32,000 nt of DNA. Source: Breznakia sp. PF5-3. GTDB lineage: Bacteria > Bacillota_I > Bacilli_A > Erysipelotrichales > Erysipelotrichaceae. Location of the stretch: positions 30,001 to 62,000 of the forward strand of contig NZ_JAQFIQ010000001.1 in assembly GCF_029504745.1 (NCBI RefSeq). The letters run 5' to 3'. Under the pieces are notes generated by a model. The model ran no database searches. It was not told where the DNA came from and worked only from the letters and a program-made list of their open reading frames with translations. Positions within the stretch are counted from its first letter, which is position 1; each line of letters starts with the position of its first letter. Both the position numbers and the translations under genes were made by a program. Shown here piece after piece: positions 25,210 through 32,000 of the stretch.

Positions 25210-26361
25210 ATGATAGTAAGAGAAGATGTACAAAGTTTATTAGATGAAGTTATGTCCAATCGAAGGCATTTACATATGTATCCTGAAATAGCACTTAATA
25301 CGCCGAATACGGAAGCATTTATTGTTGAAAAATTGAAATCATATGGTTTTGAAATTGTTGAACAAGGTATAGCAGAACATGGTGTAGTGGGTTATTTATG
25401 GGTAAACGATGAGCCTGCTATTGGGTTTCGTAGTGATATGGATGCACTTCCAATGTTTGAAGAAAATGATGTGTCTTATAAGTCGACAAATGATTATGCT
25501 CATATGTGTGGACATGATGGACATATGGCTGCGTTGTTAGGATTGGCTAAATATCTATCTGCACATAAAGACAAATTAAAAACTAGTGTTTGCTTCGTGT
25601 TTCAACCAGGAGAAGAAGGACCTGGAGGATCTAAGATTATGATTGAAGAAGGGTTGTTTAAAAAGTATCCTATGCGTTGTATCTTTGGCACACATGTAAT
25701 GGGTGAAGTTGCTGAAGGTGTGATTGCATCACGTTCTGGAGCAATGATGGCACGAAATGGGGAAGTGAAGGTAAAGATAAAAGGAAAAGGCACACATGGT
25801 GCTACACCACAGTTAGGGAAAGATGCAATTGTGGCAGGAGCAGCTTTTGTAAATCAGATACAGACAATTATATCTAGAAGTATTAGTCCACTTAATAGTG
25901 GTGTGGTTTCAATTGGATCATTTCATGGTGGTAGTGCAGAAAATATTATTGCAGAGATTGTTCAAATGGAAGGAACAATACGTTCTTTTGATGATGAAAC
26001 ATATGCACTTATAAAAGAGCGATTAATATCGATAGGAAAAGGAATAGCTTATTCTTATGATGTTGATGTTGATGTCGAAATAATAGATTATTATTTAGTT
26101 GTCGAAAATGATGAAGCTTTATTTAATACATTAAAAAATGTAATTGGCGATGAGTTTTATGAAGTAGAACCGAAAATGGCTGCTGAAGATTTCTCTTTCT
26201 ATCAAAAGGAAGTGCCAGGATTGTTTTATTATGTTGGAACTGGTAGTGATACATATAATCAACATCTACATAATGCAAGATATAATTTTGATGAAAAAGT
26301 ATTGTTGAATGTGATTGAAACAAATTTACGTTTACTTGAGGCTTTGGAGGCAATTGCATGA
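25210..26361 (+). CDS. M20-family amidohydrolase (aminoacylase / possible N-acetyl-diaminopimelate deacetylase)
   Basis: RRHLHMYPE, HMCGHDGHMAALLG, QPGEEGPGG and GTHGATPQLG motifs of M20D amidohydrolases. Start moved to the ATG at 25210 (AAGAGGTG upstream). Confidence 0.85.
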   Translation: MIVREDVQSLLDEVMSNRRHLHMYPEIALNTPNTEAFIVEKLKSYGFEIVEQGIAEHGVVGYLWVNDEPAIGFRSDMDALPMFEENDVSYKSTNDYAHMCGHDGHMAALLGLAKYLSAHKDKLKTSVCFVFQPGEEGPGGSKIMIEEGLFKKYPMRCIFGTHVMGEVAEGVIASRSGAMMARNGEVKVKIKGKGTHGATPQLGKDAIVAGAAFVNQIQTIISRSISPLNSGVVSIGSFHGGSAENIIAEIVQMEGTIRSFDDETYALIKERLISIGKGIAYSYDVDVDVEIIDYYLVVENDEALFNTLKNVIGDEFYEVEPKMAAEDFSFYQKEVPGLFYYVGTGSDTYNQHLHNARYNFDEKVLLNVIETNLRLLEALEAIA

Positions 26362-27077
26362 TTGATACACATTGTCATATTTTATGGGGAGTTGATGATG
26401 CATCTGCTATTCGTTCACATTCTTTGGATATGGTTCGTATTGCAATTGATGATGGTATTGAAACCATTGTTGCAACAAGTCACATTAAATATCCCATTTA
26501 TCCAAATACGATTGAAGTCCTTAATACAGCATTATATGAACTTTTGGATGCGATGGATGAAGAAGGTTTAGAACTTAATATTGTGATAGGGGCAGAGAAT
26601 TTTGTAAATCATCGAACAATTGCTTTATTAGATGAAAATAAGTTTGTAACATATAACGATGCTGGAAAATATATGTTAGTGGAATTTTCTTGGACTAAAA
26701 ATATATTTGATGATCCAACTAGATATTTAAAAAAGATTTTACAACAGGGAATTATCCCAGTAGTTGCTCATCCAGAACGATATGAATGGGTACATGAAGA
26801 TATAGAGATTGTTCGCTCTTGGCGTGATATGGGCTGTTTAATGCAAGTTAATCGCACAAGTGTATTAGGTCTAGACAAGATGAAACAAGCTAATATCTTC
26901 GCTAAAAAGCTTCTAGAAGAGGATTTAGTTGATATCGTTGCAAGTGATGCACATCGACCATTTGCATCTCGTTATCCAAAACTAAAAGATGCATATAGAT
27001 TTATAGAAAAGCATTATGGTAAGAAACGAGCGGATTTGTATTTTATAGAAAATCCAAAAAAACTTATAAGTGAATAA
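26358..27077 (+). CDS. CpsB/YwqE-type PHP-domain protein-tyrosine phosphatase
   Basis: MIDTHCHILWGVDD, VATSH, VAHPERY, MQVN and VASDAH align with my recollection of S. pneumoniae CpsB along the whole length. The ATG overlaps the upstream stop (ATGA). Confidence 0.85.
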   Translation: MIDTHCHILWGVDDASAIRSHSLDMVRIAIDDGIETIVATSHIKYPIYPNTIEVLNTALYELLDAMDEEGLELNIVIGAENFVNHRTIALLDENKFVTYNDAGKYMLVEFSWTKNIFDDPTRYLKKILQQGIIPVVAHPERYEWVHEDIEIVRSWRDMGCLMQVNRTSVLGLDKMKQANIFAKKLLEEDLVDIVASDAHRPFASRYPKLKDAYRFIEKHYGKKRADLYFIENPKKLISE

Positions 27078-27110
27078 AAAAACAGGGCTGAGGTTAATCA
27101 GCTCTGTTTT
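27076..27110. terminator. bidirectional intrinsic terminator (phosphatase / HIT convergent pair)
   Basis: CAGGGCTGA (27083-27091) / TCAGCTCTG (27098-27106), flanked by an A-run and a T-run. Confidence 0.75.
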
Positions 27111-27496
27111 AGTAATTTTTGTAATGCTTCTAAATCTTGTTTTGGACTTTCTTTAAATTCAATTACACAATCATCAGTATCGGAATAACGTGGAATTACA
27201 TGAACATGGAAATGAAAGACGCTTTGTCCAGCTACTTCATTTACATTGCTAAGAATATTAATTCCACTACATCCTAGATGCAACATTGCTTGATTGGCAA
27301 TTTTTTGAGCGACATCCATAACATGGTGTAAATCTTCTTGATTACAGTCTAGAAAATTTTCATAATGTTTTTTAGATATCACTAATGTGTGTCCTTTTGT
27401 AACTTGCGATATATCAAGAAAGGCAAGCACATGTTCATCTTCATATAGTTTATATGAAGGAATTTCATTATTAATGATTTTGCAAAACAAACACAT
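27098..27496 (-). CDS. HIT-family (Hint-like) nucleotide hydrolase
   Basis: CLFCKII N-terminus and the histidine-triad motif HFHVHVIP. Confidence 0.9.
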   Translation of the reverse strand: MCLFCKIINNEIPSYKLYEDEHVLAFLDISQVTKGHTLVISKKHYENFLDCNQEDLHHVMDVAQKIANQAMLHLGCSGINILSNVNEVAGQSVFHFHVHVIPRYSDTDDCVIEFKESPKQDLEALQKLLKQS

Positions 27497-27501
27497 AAAG
27501 A

Positions 27502-28413
27502 TTATCTTTCGTATTTTTTGCTAGTAGATAGCAGTGTTTCATAAACATTAATATCGTGGATTGAATAATCATATTTTTGTAAATAGTATTGGAAAGCTTG
27601 ATCTGCCAATGACAATTCTGTGCTTCCGTTTTCATCCGTCGTTGTAGTATCAATACTAATATCTTTCATTGCTGTAATTGCATCTTCTTTGAATTTGCTT
27701 GGTTTTACATTTGTAACACGAACTACATAATATGTCCCAGCATTTGTATCTTGCAATAATTTGTCAATAACCGTATTATTTTTCTTTGTGCTTTCGATAT
27801 TATTCCACACAACATCAGGTAATCCACTGTGTGTAGTATATACTTTTTCACTACCATCATAAGTTGTAGTATCACCATATTCTTTTGCAATTTTAGCGAA
27901 GTCACTTTTCTTTTCTTTTGCAGCATCTAATGCTTTTTGAGCTTTATCAGCATCTGAAATTTCAATGATTTCAACTTTACGAGGTTTGAAGCGACCTGAT
28001 AATTCTTTAAAATTATCTTTCACATAAACCGATGTAAGTTTTGTTACTCTAGTGTTTAGTAATACAACATCTTTATAAAATGCTTCCTCTGTATCGTATC
28101 CTGCATTTTGATATGTCTTCTTCCATTCGTCACCATATGTTTCTTTATAACTCTTTAAAGTTTCTTGAGCTTCTTTTTCAATCTCATCAGTAACAGGAAC
28201 AAGCTTTTCAACTAAAATCTCATTCATTTTTTGTTCGATTGGAGTAACATTACCTTTGGCAACTAGACCATCGTAAATATCACCTTTGGTAATTTCTTCA
28301 TCACCAATTTTAACTAATACTTTATCATCATTTTTCACTTGTGTAGTAGCATCGCTACATCCACCAACAAATAGTAGACATCCACAAAAAACAGCTAATA
28401 ATTTTTTCTTCAT
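27502..28413 (-). CDS. lipoprotein, PrsA/SurA-like foldase paralog with apparently degenerate parvulin domain
   Basis: Lipobox signal MKKKLLAVFCGCLLFVGGC. The SurA-N-like region and a parvulin-like segment align to the neighbouring PrsA-like protein, but the positions of both catalytic His are substituted (VEIIEIS, GTYYVVRV). Confidence 0.65.
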   Translation of the reverse strand: MKKKLLAVFCGCLLFVGGCSDATTQVKNDDKVLVKIGDEEITKGDIYDGLVAKGNVTPIEQKMNEILVEKLVPVTDEIEKEAQETLKSYKETYGDEWKKTYQNAGYDTEEAFYKDVVLLNTRVTKLTSVYVKDNFKELSGRFKPRKVEIIEISDADKAQKALDAAKEKKSDFAKIAKEYGDTTTYDGSEKVYTTHSGLPDVVWNNIESTKKNNTVIDKLLQDTNAGTYYVVRVTNVKPSKFKEDAITAMKDISIDTTTTDENGSTELSLADQAFQYYLQKYDYSIHDINVYETLLSTSKKYER

Positions 28414-28425
28414 TTTGGGACCCTC

Positions 28426-29436
28426 CTATTTCTCAACACCGATATATTTTAATAAATCGGCTTTTAAATCTTTGTCTTTAACTTCAATTTTTAATTTTTT
28501 TGCTTTTTCCCATACAATTTGTTTTTTCAAATTAGGGTAATATGTTTGAATGGCAGATACTAATGAATCGTTGTATTTGTCTTCTTTCAACATTTTCTTT
28601 TTATCTGTTGTTACAACTTTGATTAGGTGATATCCATATTCTGTTTTTACCCATTGACTTACTTCACCTGATTCTAATTTCCAGGCAGCATTTTTAAACT
28701 CTTCTACAAGGGTTCCACTCTTTAACTGAATACCAAGGCTTCCACTTTCTTTTGCAGAACCTTCATCATCAGAATATTTTTTTGCAACTTTTCCAAAGCT
28801 ATCTTTTTCTAAAGCTTTTTCAATTTCTGCCATACGAGCTTTTTCTGTTTCACTTGGATTGGCAGGATCACTCATTTTCACAAGAATATGAGAAATAACT
28901 CTTGGTGAAGATTTTTCATATACTTCATCAAATAAGTCTTTATGATCATTTATATAATCACTAACTAATTTCTTAGCTTTTTCTTGATCTAAGAAATATT
29001 GTTCAAAATCATCAACTCCATCATAACCCAATTGTTTTAGCTGTGATGTAATGTATGTTTCATAATTATCACCATAGCCACTTTTGTAAGACGCCTCCAT
29101 TGTTTTGAAATTATTGTTTGCTGTTTCTTCCATCTTGTCGGTAGTCTTAACACTTTGTTCAATAACATTACGTTCAATCAGCGTATATGTTAGTTGTACA
29201 CCACTTGTGGCTTCATTGTCACCAGATGCATTTTCAAATAATGCTTTGTAATACTCATCTGCTGTGTAATTTTTGTTTGCTAATGTAAATATGACATCTT
29301 TTCCCTTACTACTTTTTGCAGCGATGGTGTCCTTATTTGTATCCCATGCAAAGAAGATCGCCATGCTGACAAAAATCGCCCCTACTAAGATTACAAACCA
29401 AAATTTTTTTAGAATTTCTTTTATATTGTAATTCAT
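28426..29436 (-). CDS. PrsA-like parvulin-type peptidyl-prolyl isomerase, N-terminally membrane anchored
   Basis: N-terminal TM helix (FWFVILVGAIFVSMAIFFAW). Parvulin domain motifs: VISHILVK, DDEGSAKESGSLG, EEFKNAAWKL and YGYHLIKV. RBS AGGAGGA. Confidence 0.8.
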   Translation of the reverse strand: MNYNIKEILKKFWFVILVGAIFVSMAIFFAWDTNKDTIAAKSSKGKDVIFTLANKNYTADEYYKALFENASGDNEATSGVQLTYTLIERNVIEQSVKTTDKMEETANNNFKTMEASYKSGYGDNYETYITSQLKQLGYDGVDDFEQYFLDQEKAKKLVSDYINDHKDLFDEVYEKSSPRVISHILVKMSDPANPSETEKARMAEIEKALEKDSFGKVAKKYSDDEGSAKESGSLGIQLKSGTLVEEFKNAAWKLESGEVSQWVKTEYGYHLIKVVTTDKKKMLKEDKYNDSLVSAIQTYYPNLKKQIVWEKAKKLKIEVKDKDLKADLLKYIGVEK

Positions 29437-29613
29437 GATTTCCTCCTAAAAAATCTGCTTGCGTTATCTATGCGCAAGATATATTATAATGTAATTTAGT
29501 GATAAATGCTAGTCTTGGCAAAAAAACATTTAATTTCACAAATTTAGTCATAAAGATTGCATAAGATGCGTTAGTCCGTTAAAATTATAAAGATGAAAGG
29601 AATGATCGTATAA

Positions 29614-30417
29614 ATGAGAAAACTTGTAATTAAGGATTTATATGTAAGTATAAATGATATACAAATTCTAAAGGGAGTGAATTTGGAGATAAATAACCAT
29701 GAGATACATGCACTGATGGGACCAAATGGACAAGGGAAAAGTACATTGTTATCAGCTATTATGGGAGACCCAAAGTATCGAATTGATAGTGGGGAAATCT
29801 GGTATGATGACAAAGATGTTTTATCTATGAGTGTGGACGAGAGAAGTCGCGCTGGAATTTTTTTAGGGATGCAATATCCTTCAGAAATTCCAGGGGTGAA
29901 TAATTCTGACTTTTTGCGTGCAGCGATGAATGCACGATTAGAAAAGCCGATTTCATTATTTAAATTTATTCGTGAAATGGAACATGCGGTAGATGATTTA
30001 GGTATGAAGAGTGATATTGCTCATCGTAATTTAAACGAAGGATTTTCTGGTGGGGAAAAGAAACGTAATGAAATCATTCAAATGAAATTATTAAAACCAC
30101 AATTTGCAATGTTGGATGAGATTGATTCTGGTTTGGATGTGGATGCTTTGAAAATCGTTGCTGATGCGGTACAAGATTTATATGATACACAAGATTTATC
30201 ATTATTAATTGTTTCACATTATGAACGCTTCTTAGATTTAACCAAACCTACTCATGTGCATATTTTACTGGATGGTAAAATTGTTGAGTCTGGGGACTAT
30301 GAATTGGTTTCAAAAATTGATAACGAAGGGTATGAATGGCTTTATACAAAATATGGGGTTGAAAAGCCAAGTGAAAAACCTGCACTAGTATTAGAATCAT
30401 GTGGAGCTAATCGCTAA
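29614..30417 (+). CDS. sufC: Fe-S cluster assembly ATPase SufC
   Basis: LVIKDLYVSI, Walker A GPNGQGKST, ABC signature FSGGEKKRNEI and Walker B AMLDEIDSGLD. Followed by sufD and sufS. Confidence 0.95.
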   Translation: MRKLVIKDLYVSINDIQILKGVNLEINNHEIHALMGPNGQGKSTLLSAIMGDPKYRIDSGEIWYDDKDVLSMSVDERSRAGIFLGMQYPSEIPGVNNSDFLRAAMNARLEKPISLFKFIREMEHAVDDLGMKSDIAHRNLNEGFSGGEKKRNEIIQMKLLKPQFAMLDEIDSGLDVDALKIVADAVQDLYDTQDLSLLIVSHYERFLDLTKPTHVHILLDGKIVESGDYELVSKIDNEGYEWLYTKYGVEKPSEKPALVLESCGANR

Positions 30418-31211
30418 TGGAAAAGATTACAGAAAAGACAACAATCGAAATCCAAAAAGATGGATACTATGAATATACAGTCGAGACAATTGAAACATTG
30501 TCTTTTCATGTTTTAAAGAATGTACATGCAGAGATTAAACTTATATTAAAAGGATCTCTTGAATTACAACAGGATATTTTGTTAGAACCTTCAAGTTCAT
30601 TGCATATGTTATCAATGAATGAATGTAAAGATTCTAAAATGAATCTTACATATCATTTGAAAAAAGATAGTGAATTGAAAATCGGGTATTATGAATTGAA
30701 TGAAAACACTTGTGATTTAAAAGCGAAATTCTATTTAGAAGAAAATGGTGCTAGTGTGGATGTTGTAACTACATCGATTACAAGTGCAAAGAAAATCTAT
30801 GATATAGGATGTATTCACATTGCTGCAAACACAAATAGTAATATGAGTAATTATGAAATCAGTAAGCAACATGCGAATTATAAAATAACTGCGTGTGGAA
30901 CGATTAAGAAGGGTGCATATCAGAGCAAGTCGCATCAAACAAGTAGAATTTTAACGCTTCATGAAGATCAAAGAAGTGAAGCAATTCCAGTTCTATTAAT
31001 TGATGAAAACGACGTAGAGGCATCTCATGCAAATAGTATGGGTAAGATGAATGCAGAAGATTTATATTATCTACAAAGTAGGGGAATTAGTGATGAACAA
31101 GCAAAAGAATTACTTACGATGTCTTACTTGTTACCAATTACTGACGTTTTAGATAATGAAGAAGTGAACGCAGAACTAGTAACAATGATTCGTAGTAGGA
31201 TGGGTTTATAA
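30417..31211 (+). CDS. sufD: SufD/SufB-family Fe-S assembly protein (short form)
   Basis: C-terminal conserved region (VEASHANSMGKMNAEDLYYLQSRGISDEQAKELL). Sits between sufC and sufS. The ATG overlaps the sufC stop (TAATG). It is only 264 aa. Confidence 0.8.
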   Translation: MEKITEKTTIEIQKDGYYEYTVETIETLSFHVLKNVHAEIKLILKGSLELQQDILLEPSSSLHMLSMNECKDSKMNLTYHLKKDSELKIGYYELNENTCDLKAKFYLEENGASVDVVTTSITSAKKIYDIGCIHIAANTNSNMSNYEISKQHANYKITACGTIKKGAYQSKSHQTSRILTLHEDQRSEAIPVLLIDENDVEASHANSMGKMNAEDLYYLQSRGISDEQAKELLTMSYLLPITDVLDNEEVNAELVTMIRSRMGL

Positions 31212-31213
31212 TT

Positions 31214-32000
31214 ATGAAAATAGATGCAATACGTAAAGATTTTCCAATGTTTAAAAATAAGTCAAAGAAAGGATATGATTTGATTTATTTTGATAATGCA
31301 GCAACTACATTTAAACCTATGAAAGTTATTGAGGCTGTCAATGAATATTATACGAAATATAGTGTTAATGCACATCGAGGAGATTATGAATTAAGCTATA
31401 AAGTAGATACATTATATGAAAGTGTGCGGGATACAGTAGCATCTTTTATTAATTGTGATCGTAAGGAAGTAGTATTTGTATCCGGTACAAGTGCAGCTTT
31501 AAACCAAATAGCTTTTGGGTTTGGTCAAAACCAATTAAAACCTGGAGATGTAGTATTGAGTGATGAAGCAGAGCATGCATCAAATTATTTACCATGGCAG
31601 CATGCTTGTGAAACAACAGGGGCTACACTAGAATTTATTGAATTAGATGAACATGGATATGTAACAATTGAAACTTTTAAAAAGGCAATTCATAGTGGTG
31701 TGAAGATTGTTTCAATTGCACATGTTACCAATGTGTTAGGATGTGTATTAGATATTAAAGAAATATCTCGTATTGCACATGAACATGGAGCTATTGTTGT
31801 CGTAGATGGTGCGCAATCAACGCCCCATATGCCAGTAGATGTTCGTGACTTAGATTGTGACTTTTTCGCTTTCTCAGCACATAAATTATGTGGACCAACT
31901 GGAACAGGTGTTTTATATGGGAAATATGAATTGTTAGAAGCTATGGAACCATTGATGTTAGGTGGTGGAAGTAATGCGCGCTATGATATGTGTGGAAATT
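31214..32000 (+). CDS. sufS: cysteine desulfurase SufS, 3'-truncated by the window end
   Basis: Not in the ORF track because there is no stop in the window. The frame is open from the ATG at 31214: MKIDAIRKDFPMF...IYFDNAATTFKP...NAHRGDYELS...FVSGTSAALN...HASNYLPW...HVTNVLG...DGAQS...DFFAFSAHKLCGPTGTGVLYG, a typical class V aminotransferase/SufS. Confidence 0.9.
   Translation, partial: MKIDAIRKDFPMFKNKSKKGYDLIYFDNAATTFKPMKVIEAVNEYYTKYSVNAHRGDYELSYKVDTLYESVRDTVASFINCDRKEVVFVSGTSAALNQIAFGFGQNQLKPGDVVLSDEAEHASNYLPWQHACETTGATLEFIELDEHGYVTIETFKKAIHSGVKIVSIAHVTNVLGCVLDIKEISRIAHEHGAIVVVDGAQSTPHMPVDVRDLDCDFFAFSAHKLCGPTGTGVLYGKYELLEAMEPLMLGGGSNARYDMCGN

Noticed and set aside
24718-26571. ORFs 24718-25032 (-), 25602-25793 (-), 26123-26359 (-), 26362-26571 (+)
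   Set aside because: They are antisense or out of frame within hpf, the M20 amidohydrolase and the phosphatase. The serine-rich 24718-25032 frame mirrors the acidic linker of HPF.
27471-30938. ORFs 27471-27653 (-), 27723-27926 (-), 28286-28540 (+), 29571-29813 (-), 30735-30938 (-)
   Set aside because: They are alternate-frame or antisense overlaps of the HIT/PrsA-like genes, sufC and sufD, without start signals.
1-32000. Scan for CRISPR arrays, tandem repeats, rRNA/tRNA genes, reverse transcriptase/retron or toxin-antitoxin pairs
   Set aside because: I saw no regularly spaced repeats, structured RNA genes or RT/TA-like ORFs by eye. Intergenic regions are accounted for by promoters, two leader RNAs and terminators. 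A computational repeat and ncRNA scan could still find small elements I missed.

Overview
AT-rich, Bacillota (Firmicutes)-type chromosomal segment. The gene content and leader RNAs fit a Bacillus/Erysipelotrichia-like organisation; the taxon guess is low confidence. All calls were made by eye from motifs, with no database search. Most of the window is housekeeping. In order it holds: a TrmH-family RNA methyltransferase, a CorA-like transporter and a LUD-domain protein; a Phe-specific T-box leader driving pheS-pheT; a PfkB-family kinase; a divergent MerR/GyrI-like regulator and MATE efflux pair with a textbook 19-bp-spacer MerR promoter; YjbQ; and a small secreted or membrane protein. Next come a lysine (L-box) riboswitch driving lysA-dapF-dapA-dapB-dapH, then RNase J, peptide deformylase, a SEDS protein with rsmD and coaD, hpf, an M20 amidohydrolase overlapping a CpsB-type PHP tyrosine phosphatase, a HIT protein, two PrsA/SurA-like foldase paralogs, and sufC-sufD-sufS (sufS is cut by the window end). 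I saw no rRNA, tRNA, CRISPR array, transposase, integrase or long repeat. The only accessory-looking block is about 20.5-24.5 kb, between the coaD terminator and hpf. It holds a small ankyrin-repeat protein, a wHTH-WYL regulator (BrxR/CapW/PafBC-like architecture) and a DUF2779-like protein of about 480 aa. That protein joins a Cas4/RecB-like Cys-cluster N-terminal half to a DEDD-type exonuclease C-terminal half. A zinc phospholipase-C-like protein follows. This regulator-plus-nuclease module is my best candidate for an undescribed inducible defence or DNA-damage system, and the function is inference only.
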